Origin: an uncultured Erysipelotrichaceae bacterium
GTDB lineage: Bacteria > Bacillota_I > Bacilli_A > Erysipelotrichales > Erysipelotrichaceae
Direction: 5' to 3'
DNA: 32,000 bases
Assembly: GCA_964401865.1 (NCBI GenBank)
Contig: CAYNZZ010000001.1
Span: forward strand, 205,441 to 237,440
The notes beneath the pieces are model-generated. The model saw only the letters and a list, made by a program, of their open reading frames with translations. It searched no databases and was not told the DNA's origin. Below, in pieces: positions 25,362-32,000 of the stretch. Both the position numbers and the translations under genes were made by a program. How positions within the stretch are numbered: position 1 is the stretch's first letter; each line of letters begins with the position of its first letter.

Positions 25362-26204
25362 ATGTTACATATTGTATCAGATTCATCAATTTTATACAGC
25401 AAAAAAGAAGCCTTGGAAAAACTAAATGTTTATACAACTCCTTTAGCTGTAACAGTTAATAACCAGTGTTTTAGAGAATTTGAAGAAATTGATTCCGAGG
25501 AATTTATAGAGCTAATCAAAGAAGGAGCAGTACCGACATCGTCACAACCAGCCATTGGTGAAAAGATGGATATTTACGAAAAATTAAGCAAAGATAGTGA
25601 AGTATTGGATATAACGATGGCACAAGGACTATCGGGAACTTATGATTCAGCATGTACTGCTAAAAACAATATCAAAAACGAAGATAAGATACATGTGTAT
25701 AATTCAAGAACTTTATGCGGGCCTCATCAATGTATGGTGGAAAAAGCCAGCGAAATGTGTAAGCAAGGGAAAACAATTGATGAGATTATTAAAGTTTTAG
25801 ACAAAGCGAGAAATAGCGAAATATCTTTCTTGATTCCGTTTGATTTTTCCTTTTTGGCAAGAGGTGGAAGAGTTAGTGGTGCCGTTGGGAACATTGGTGC
25901 GTTGCTTAAGCTATTGCCGATTATGAAAAAGAGCGATGATGGTAAATGTCTAGAGAAATATGCCATTGTTAGAACAACGAAAAAAGCCATTAAAGACGTG
26001 ATTGCCGGATTAAAAGAAAAGATGTGTGACAGCACTTATCATTTTTATGTCGCACATGCATTTAATGAAGAAATAGCAAATAGTTTTGTGAGTGCGATTA
26101 AAGATGAATTTAATACAGAAAATGTCAAAAAACTATTGTTATCACCGGTTTTTATTACTCAAGGCGGACCAAAATGCATTGCTATCCAAGCGATTAAAAT
26201 TTAA
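25362..26204 (+). CDS. DegV family fatty-acid-binding protein
   Basis: 280 aa with VSDSS at the N-terminus, PTSSQPAIGE, SGTYDSA and a GG(R)VS loop. SD AGGAGAG lies upstream. Confidence 0.92.
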   Translation: MLHIVSDSSILYSKKEALEKLNVYTTPLAVTVNNQCFREFEEIDSEEFIELIKEGAVPTSSQPAIGEKMDIYEKLSKDSEVLDITMAQGLSGTYDSACTAKNNIKNEDKIHVYNSRTLCGPHQCMVEKASEMCKQGKTIDEIIKVLDKARNSEISFLIPFDFSFLARGGRVSGAVGNIGALLKLLPIMKKSDDGKCLEKYAIVRTTKKAIKDVIAGLKEKMCDSTYHFYVAHAFNEEIANSFVSAIKDEFNTENVKKLLLSPVFITQGGPKCIAIQAIKI

Positions 26205-26225
26205 AATATCTACAATAAAAGATTT

Positions 26226-26255
26226 ATAAATGCCTGTTTTATAACAGGTATTTAT
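26226..26255 (+). terminator. Hairpin terminator after degV
   Basis: ATAAATGCCTGTT (26226-26238) / AACAGGTATTTAT (26243-26255) form a 13-bp stem with one G-U pair and a 4-nt loop. The U-rich tail lies partly within the stem. Confidence 0.55.
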
Positions 26256-26373
26256 AAAAATAACAAATAGTTAGCGCTCGTAATCAAACAATATATTTGA
26301 AAAGGCTTTCAATTTTATTATTTTTTAGTAAAATAGAATTGTGGGTGGATTTAAACACCCTAAAGGAGACAAA

Positions 26374-27450
26374 ATGAAAAAACTTTTAATGATTTTATTA
26401 TCAGTATTCATGCTTCTTTCTTTCTCTGCATGTGGAAACAAAGACAATAATACTGACAATAACAAAGAAACTGATCAAACTGAAGTTGGTGGTGGAGATT
26501 TAGTAGTTTATTCACCTAACTCAGATGCTCTTATCGAAGTAATCGAAACATTCGGTGAAAAGTATAATGTTAATGTACAAGTTGTATCTGCTGGTACTGG
26601 TGAATGTTTAGAGAGAATTTCAGCTGAAAAGGACAACCCTCAAGCTGACATCATGTTCGGTGGTATGAACTACGCTAACTCTTTCAATGCTGACTATGTT
26701 CCATTATTTGAACAATATACTGCTAAAGGTGATGAAAATCTTCCTGAAGCTTACCAAAACTTTAATGGTATCACTACTCACTATTGCTTAGATGGTTCTG
26801 CAGCATTATTGGTTAATGTTGAAGAATATGAAAAATTAGGTTTAAGCATTGATGATTTCAAAGGTTATGCTGATTTAGTAAGACCTGAATTAAAAGGTAA
26901 AATTGCTATGGGTGACCCAGCTAACTCATCAAGTGCTTGGGCTGAATTAACAAATATGCTTCTTGTTATGGGTGAAGAACCATATGATGAAGCTGCTTGG
27001 GAATGGGTAAAAGAGTTTATCGCTAACCTAAATGGTATCCAACTTTCTTCTTCTTCAGCTATCTATAAAGGTGTAGTTGCTGGTGAATATGTTGTTGGTG
27101 TTTCTTATGAAGACCCATGTGTATCATTACTAGTTGATGGTGCTACAAATGTTAAACTTGTATATCCAGAAGAAGGTGCTGTATGGTTACCTGCTGGTAT
27201 TGCTATTATTAAAGATGCTCCAAACATGGATAATGCTAAATTATTAGTTGACTGGATTATTTCTGATGAAGGACAAGCTGAAATTGCTAAGACAACTGCA
27301 AGACCAGTTAATCCAAATATCGCTAACACAGCTAAAGAAATGACTCCATTTGCTGATATCAACGTTAAATACGAAGATATGGAACTATGCGGAACTAATA
27401 AAAAAGATTGGCAAGCACGTTGGACAGAATTATTTAACGCTGCTCAATAA
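26374..27450 (+). CDS. ABC importer substrate-binding lipoprotein (FbpA/AfuA-like family 1 SBP)
   Basis: Signal peptide plus lipobox MKKLLMILLSVFMLLSFSAC-GN. ATG 26374 lies after AAGGAG, and the track's GTG 26341 extension is unlikely. It is followed by a matching ATPase and a double-domain permease. Confidence 0.88.
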   Translation: MKKLLMILLSVFMLLSFSACGNKDNNTDNNKETDQTEVGGGDLVVYSPNSDALIEVIETFGEKYNVNVQVVSAGTGECLERISAEKDNPQADIMFGGMNYANSFNADYVPLFEQYTAKGDENLPEAYQNFNGITTHYCLDGSAALLVNVEEYEKLGLSIDDFKGYADLVRPELKGKIAMGDPANSSSAWAELTNMLLVMGEEPYDEAAWEWVKEFIANLNGIQLSSSSAIYKGVVAGEYVVGVSYEDPCVSLLVDGATNVKLVYPEEGAVWLPAGIAIIKDAPNMDNAKLLVDWIISDEGQAEIAKTTARPVNPNIANTAKEMTPFADINVKYEDMELCGTNKKDWQARWTELFNAAQ

Positions 27451-27487
27451 TATCTAAACAATATAAATTAGTTTGAGGAGTTAGAAT

Positions 27488-28609
27488 ATGAGTAAATATA
27501 TTAAAGTACGCAATGCTGTTAAAAAGTATGACGATCAGACAATCATTTCTAACTTATCGCTAGATATCAAGGAGGGTGAATTTTTTACCCTCCTTGGTCC
27601 ATCTGGCTGTGGTAAAACAACACTGTTAAGAATGATTGCAGGATTTAATAGCATTGAAGGCGGTGATTTTTATTTTGGCGAAACAAGAATCAATGATATA
27701 GATCCTGCCAAGAGAAATATTGGTATGGTTTTCCAAAACTATGCAATATTTCCGAATATGAATGTTGAAAAGAATGTGGCTTTTGGTTTAAAGAATCGTA
27801 AGTTGCCAAAAGAAGAAATTGAATCAAAAACAAATCAATTTTTGAAGTTGATGAAAATCGATGAATATCGCGACAGAATGCCAGAAAGACTTTCTGGTGG
27901 TCAACAACAACGTGTAGCTTTGGCAAGAGCGTTAGCGATTACTCCGGATGTTCTTTTGATGGATGAACCATTATGTAACTTGGATGCAAAACTAAGAGTT
28001 GAAATGCGTACCGTTATTAAAGAAATACAAAATAATGTCGGTATCACTACTGTTTATGTAACCCACGACCAAGAGGAAGCGATGGCAGTCAGCGATAGAA
28101 TTGCTGTAATGAATCATGGCGATATCCAACAAATTGGTACGCCAAAAGTTTTATATCAAAGACCAACAAATCTATTTGTTGCAACATTTATTGGACATAC
28201 AAATGTTTTGGATGGCAAATTGGTTGTTAAAGAGGGTAAACCTTACCTTCAATTAGCAGGTGGATGCGAAGTTTTGATGGATACGATTCAAGAAAGCGAA
28301 ATCAAAGAACAGGATGTTAAAGCAAGTATCCGTCCAGAAGAATTAATTGTTGATGCGACTGGTGGTGATGGACTTAAAGCCATTGTTGATGATGCTATAT
28401 TCTTAGGTTTAAACACACATTACTTCGTGCATTTAATTGATGGTGAAAAACTTGAAATAATTCAAGAATCGCAAATTGACTCGATGATCGAAAAGGGAAC
28501 TAGCATTAGTTTAAAGATTAAGACAGAAAAGATTAACGTTTTTGATAGCGAGGGTAATCATAATTTGGTTAAAGGCGTTATCAATGATTATGATGTCTAT
28601 AAGGGTTAA
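27488..28609 (+). CDS. ABC importer ATP-binding protein (FbpC/PotA/MalK-like, with a C-terminal regulatory/TOBE-like domain)
   Basis: 373 aa with Walker A GPSGCGKTT, Q-loop VFQNYA, signature LSGGQQQRVALARA, Walker B LLMDEPL and H-loop THDQ. Confidence 0.93.
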   Translation: MSKYIKVRNAVKKYDDQTIISNLSLDIKEGEFFTLLGPSGCGKTTLLRMIAGFNSIEGGDFYFGETRINDIDPAKRNIGMVFQNYAIFPNMNVEKNVAFGLKNRKLPKEEIESKTNQFLKLMKIDEYRDRMPERLSGGQQQRVALARALAITPDVLLMDEPLCNLDAKLRVEMRTVIKEIQNNVGITTVYVTHDQEEAMAVSDRIAVMNHGDIQQIGTPKVLYQRPTNLFVATFIGHTNVLDGKLVVKEGKPYLQLAGGCEVLMDTIQESEIKEQDVKASIRPEELIVDATGGDGLKAIVDDAIFLGLNTHYFVHLIDGEKLEIIQESQIDSMIEKGTSISLKIKTEKINVFDSEGNHNLVKGVINDYDVYKG

Positions 28610-28611
28610 TT

Positions 28612-30264
28612 ATGAATAAGGCAACAAACAAATTTTTCGATATTTGGAAAGTAGTATCGATATTTATCTTGTGTTTATATGGCTTGTTCCTAATATATCC
28701 ATTAGTTAAGCTTTTATATAATGCCTTCTTCTTTAATGGTGATTTTACATTAGAATATTTCCAAAATTTCTTTTCACAGAATTATTATGTTAAATCCATA
28801 TTTAACTCTTTGAAAGTAAGTATTTGTGCGACAGCTCTATCTTTGGCAATCGGTGTTCCTCTTGCTTATTTCTATCAGATGTATGAAATCAAGGGCAAGA
28901 CATTATTACAAGTATTAATTATCTTGTGTTCGATGTCGGCGCCATTTATCGGCGCATATTCTTGGATTATGTTGCTTGGAAGAAGTGGTGTTATCACTAA
29001 ATTCATCGAAAGCATTATTCCAATTAGAATGCCTAATATTTATGGTTTTAATGGTATATTGTTGGTTTTATCTCTACAATTATTCCCACTTGTATTCTTG
29101 TATGTATCAGGTGCATTAAAAAATATTGATAACTCTTTGCTTGAAGCAAGTGAAAATATGGGTTGTAGTGGATTTAAAAGATTCTTTAAAATTGTAATTC
29201 CTCTATGTATGCCAACAATTATTGCTTCTGCATTGATGGTATTCATGAGAGCATTTGCGGATTTTGGTACTCCACTATTGATTGGTGAAGGTTATCAAAC
29301 ATTCCCGGTAATTATTTATAACTCGTACTTTGCCGAAACTGGTGGTGATCATAACTTCGGTGCAGCTATTTCGGTTATTGCGATTGTAATCACAGCCGTA
29401 ATATTCTTAATTCAAAAGTATATTAATGGCAAGTTTACTTTCACTATGAGTGCATTACATTCAATTGAAAGAAAAGAAATTCATGGTTTACACAGTTTCT
29501 TTGTAAATCTTTATTCTTGGCTTGTAGTTGCTGTTGCTTTCTTGCCACAAGTGTATGTCATCTATACATCGTTCTTAAAGACATCAGGTAAGATATTCTT
29601 GGATGGTTATTCTCTTGATTCATATCGTTATGCCTTTACTCACTTGACTAAGGCAATACCTAATACCTTTATTATCGGTGGTACGGCATTAGCTATTATT
29701 ATTATACTTGCAATATTGATTGCATACCTGGTTGTAAGAAGAAATAACTTTGCGAATAAAGTTATTGATACTATATCGATGGTGCCATACATCATTCCTG
29801 GTTCAGTAGTTGGTATTGCGCTTGTAATGGCTTTTAATAAAAAACCATTAGTGTTGACTGGCACAATGATTATTATGGTTGTAGCCTTAGTTATTAGACG
29901 TATGCCATATACTATCAGATCATCAACTGCCACTTTGCAACAAATCTCTATCTCGGTAGAGGAGGCAGCAATTTCATTAGGTTCCAGCAAGCTTAAAGCT
30001 TTCTTTAAGATTACTGTTCCAATGATGGCTAATGGTATTTTATCTGGTGCAATTATGTCATGGGTTACAATTATTACCGAATTATCAACAGCTATTATCT
30101 TGTATAACTTAAATACGATTACGTTAACACTTGCGACTTACACATATGTTTCAAGAGGAAACTACGGTATAGCTGCTGCCTATGCAACAATTTTAACTGT
30201 AACTACGACAATATCATTATTGATATATATGAAGGTTACGGGCAACAAAGAAATATCTTTCTAA
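28612..30264 (+). CDS. ABC importer permease, fused double-domain type (FbpB/AfuB-like)
   Basis: 550 aa with about 12 TM helices and two EAA-type loops (LEASENMGCSGFKRFFKIVIP and EEAAISLGSSKLKAFFKITVP). Confidence 0.92.
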   Translation: MNKATNKFFDIWKVVSIFILCLYGLFLIYPLVKLLYNAFFFNGDFTLEYFQNFFSQNYYVKSIFNSLKVSICATALSLAIGVPLAYFYQMYEIKGKTLLQVLIILCSMSAPFIGAYSWIMLLGRSGVITKFIESIIPIRMPNIYGFNGILLVLSLQLFPLVFLYVSGALKNIDNSLLEASENMGCSGFKRFFKIVIPLCMPTIIASALMVFMRAFADFGTPLLIGEGYQTFPVIIYNSYFAETGGDHNFGAAISVIAIVITAVIFLIQKYINGKFTFTMSALHSIERKEIHGLHSFFVNLYSWLVVAVAFLPQVYVIYTSFLKTSGKIFLDGYSLDSYRYAFTHLTKAIPNTFIIGGTALAIIIILAILIAYLVVRRNNFANKVIDTISMVPYIIPGSVVGIALVMAFNKKPLVLTGTMIIMVVALVIRRMPYTIRSSTATLQQISISVEEAAISLGSSKLKAFFKITVPMMANGILSGAIMSWVTIITELSTAIILYNLNTITLTLATYTYVSRGNYGIAAAYATILTVTTTISLLIYMKVTGNKEISF

Positions 30265-30285
30265 AATATTGTTATAAGATTGATA

Positions 30286-30311
30286 AAAGTCAGCATTTAG
30301 TGCTGGCTTTT
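30286..30311 (+). terminator. Intrinsic terminator after the ABC importer operon
   Basis: AAAGTCAGCA (30286-30295) / TGCTGGCTTT (30301-30310) form a 10-bp stem with one G-U pair and a 5-nt loop, then a T-run. Confidence 0.7.
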
Positions 30312-30545
30312 AAGTTGGGTTTTATTCAGACACACTATTGGCTAATAATCACATTGATATGATGATTAGAAATAGTGATAGTGTAAACTTTCATGCAATA
30401 ATTTATAGATTGTCATATGAATATAGCATAGACTTCGATATACAGATATTCATACTGCTGAGATTATAAGGGCGAATTACTTAATGCGATTCACCTTTTT
30501 AAAAGAAAAGAAATTGTTCCTTCTCCAGGCGCATCGTTAAGAGAG

Positions 30546-31109
30546 ATGATTTTAAATGCTTTTATACATGCAGATTATTTTATCCGTTCTAATATAAAAA
30601 TTGAATTTTTTGAAGATTGTTGCAAAATTACTAGTCCAGGCGGAATATTTAATGCAACGATGGAAGAAATCATGAGAGGAACTCAAACATATCGCAATCA
30701 TAAACTGGTGAATATATTTGATAAACTCGGATTAATAGAAAATTTTGGGACAGGCATTCCAAGAACTATGGATGCATATTCTGATGAAGAAAGAAAACCG
30801 ATATTTGATGCAACCGATAATTTCTTTTATGTAACACTGCCTAATTTGAATTATAGAATAAATGACCAAATAAATGACCAAATAAATGACCAAATAAATG
30901 AGTTAGATTTAGCTATACTACAAACAATATTTAATAATCCGGGAATTAAGGTTATGGACATTCAAAGAAAGGTAGCCAATAACGATATATCGCTTACTGA
31001 AGATCAAATTAGAAATTCAATAAAAAGAAAGATTTATAAATATATTGAATATAAAGGTTCAAAAAAGACCGGTGGATATTATTTTAAAGATAAAGAGATA
31101 AATGGTTAA
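30546..31109 (+). CDS. C-terminal fragment of an AlbA_2/HATPase_c_4-family ATP-binding putative regulator ('RecG-like C-terminal' family); probable gene remnant
   Basis: REMILNAFIHADY ... ITSPGG ... YRNHKLVNIF ... IENFGTGIPR matches the HATPase_c_4 core, and a wHTH-like tail follows. The frame is open back to 30462 with no start or SD, and the roughly 200-aa N-terminal AlbA_2 domain is absent. Confidence 0.65.
   Translation: MILNAFIHADYFIRSNIKIEFFEDCCKITSPGGIFNATMEEIMRGTQTYRNHKLVNIFDKLGLIENFGTGIPRTMDAYSDEERKPIFDATDNFFYVTLPNLNYRINDQINDQINDQINELDLAILQTIFNNPGIKVMDIQRKVANNDISLTEDQIRNSIKRKIYKYIEYKGSKKTGGYYFKDKEING
30858..30901 (+). repeat. 12-bp tandem repeat ATAAATGACCAA, about 3.7 copies, in frame (INDQ repeats)
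   Basis: Copies at 30858-30869, 30870-30881 and 30882-30893 are identical, with a partial copy to 30901. The repeat encodes INDQINDQINDQINE. Confidence 0.9.
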
Positions 31110-31387
31110 ATAAGCACAGCTACAAGAAATTTTAAAAACGTAATAGTGACAAGAGTTTGAAACATATTTAAAAATGTCCGATTTTTAAGGGTTTGTTTGA
31201 ATTGAAATTTGTGTTTATTCAGTAAAAGGAAAACAAGAATAAATAAAGATAATAACGATGAAAGCTTTGGTATGTTATATTATGCGGACATTAAATCGTT
31301 TGGAAATAACATAGTGAAATAGAAAAATAATCTTACAGAGAGTTAAGATGTTGAACGGGTGTCCACTTATTCAACCTAAATTGGCAT

Positions 31388-31936
31388 ATGAAGCAAAGCA
31401 GAGAGAGTTTCATGAACTTTCTCTTTTTAGAGATTTTAAAAAGAAATTTGGAGGGAATTGCGGTAATGTTGAAAACACCTTTAGGAGATTTAGAGATAAA
31501 AATAGATAATAATGTTATTGATTATAAATATCTAACTGTTTGTACTAATGATTTTTGTAAGGATTTAAATGGTAGGTTTGCAATAATAGTACCCTTTCAA
31601 CCAGATAAAAGGAAACACGTGATAAGTTGCAGAATTTTGAACTATGAAAGTTCTGATGAAGATGGTGCTGAAAGTGGTGAAAATTTAGAATTATATAGTT
31701 TTTATAAAGGGACCGTGAAATTGTCTATCGGAATGGAAGGCGATACAAGTTACATTGCTGGAAAACGTATGTCGGATTATGATTATGATACTGAATATTT
31801 AGTTGATGGTGTACAGTATTGTTTGCTTCCAATAACACAAACGTCGGAATACGTTTTTGGAGTTGCCTGGTTAGATAAAGTAACCAAAGAAAACGACGTT
31901 CAAACTTGGTTCGGAGCTGATCCGACATTGTTTTGA
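31388..31936 (+). CDS. Hypothetical protein (orphan; start uncertain)
   Basis: 182-aa ORF in which I recognise no motif. The best SD (GGAGGG) precedes the internal ATG 31466 (Met27), which would give 156 aa. Confidence 0.5.
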   Translation: MKQSRESFMNFLFLEILKRNLEGIAVMLKTPLGDLEIKIDNNVIDYKYLTVCTNDFCKDLNGRFAIIVPFQPDKRKHVISCRILNYESSDEDGAESGENLELYSFYKGTVKLSIGMEGDTSYIAGKRMSDYDYDTEYLVDGVQYCLLPITQTSEYVFGVAWLDKVTKENDVQTWFGADPTLF

Positions 31937-31961
31937 AATATTAACAAATTGGAATTTAGTA

Positions 31962-32000
31962 ATGAATAAGCTTTGCATGTTAGTGATTTTGCTACCCTGT
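31962..32000 (+). CDS. 5' end of an ORF with a signal-peptide-like N-terminus (continues beyond window)
   Basis: ATG 31962 encodes MNKLCMLVILLPC... Only 13 codons are visible. Confidence 0.3.
   Translation, partial: MNKLCMLVILLPC

Noticed and set aside
31173-31292. An 8-bp inverted repeat, AATGTCCG / CGGACATT, separated by about 100 bp in the last intergenic region.
   Set aside because: It is too short and too widely spaced to distinguish from chance, and it has no flanking feature such as a target-site duplication or a transposase.
3278-31928. About 30 ORFs of 60-143 aa in the track that lie antisense to, or out of frame within, larger genes. Examples: 3278-3499, 5212-5400, 5835-6059, 6929-7114, 9383-9583, 9698-9901, 10193-10405, 10747-10956, 14171-14401, 14835-15266, 15481-15891, 16745-16984 (x3), 17951-18154, 18614-18880, 19329-19728, 22023-24590 (x5), 25727-26035, 27105-27362, 27690-27926, 29040-29990, 31725-31928.
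   Set aside because: Each is fully nested in a well-supported gene with recognisable motifs. They lack SD sequences and have the low-complexity composition typical of shadow frames in AT-rich DNA.
1-32000. Search by eye for CRISPR arrays, tRNA/rRNA genes, IS elements, prophage or known defence-system genes.
   Set aside because: No regularly spaced repeats, cloverleaf-capable segments, transposase-like ORFs or recognisable defence domains were found. The only recombinase is the small serine recombinase at 19472-20068.

Overview
This is a 32-kb, densely coding chromosomal segment from a low-GC organism (about one third G+C by eye), of Bacillota type. I saw no rRNA, tRNA, CRISPR array or IS element.

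Gene order, left to right:
- A heterodimeric ABC exporter pair; the first gene is cut by the window edge.
- A GntR/HutC regulator, divergent from a mannose-family PTS IIC-IID-IIB operon. The last PTS gene overlaps (TAATG) the start of a gamma-glutamyltransferase-family hydrolase that has no signal peptide.
- Three lipoprotein genes of unknown function.
- A NagA-like deacetylase plus a Cof-type HAD hydrolase.
- A HAD-IA phosphatase and RarA on the minus strand.
- A split transketolase.
- MgtE.
- A zinc-ribbon/FxLYD membrane protein.
- A GtrA-Dtd-FolD-DUF951 operon.
- A small serine recombinase, divergent from a 1414-aa secreted protein with fibro-slime and SpaA/CnaB-type domains.
- DUF1836 and DegV.
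- An FbpABC/AfuABC-like ABC importer.
- A truncated AlbA_2/HATPase_c_4-family gene carrying an in-frame 12-bp tandem repeat.
- An orphan ORF.

Most worth a second look:
1. The 365-bp recombinase-adhesin intergenic region. It has four TGTACA-core dyads, a 16-bp direct repeat and imperfect inverted repeats that bracket the adhesin SD and start codon. This is a candidate phase-variation switch, and it is unproven.
2. The PTS-GGT coupling. No EIIA gene is present and a NagA-like gene lies nearby, so this may be an uncharacterised catabolic route.
3. A (TA)9 tract that forms the spacer of the FxLYD gene promoter.
4. A 15-codon leader ORF whose stop codon overlaps a terminator stem upstream of a lipoprotein gene.

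All functional calls rest on motif recognition by eye. No database search was run.
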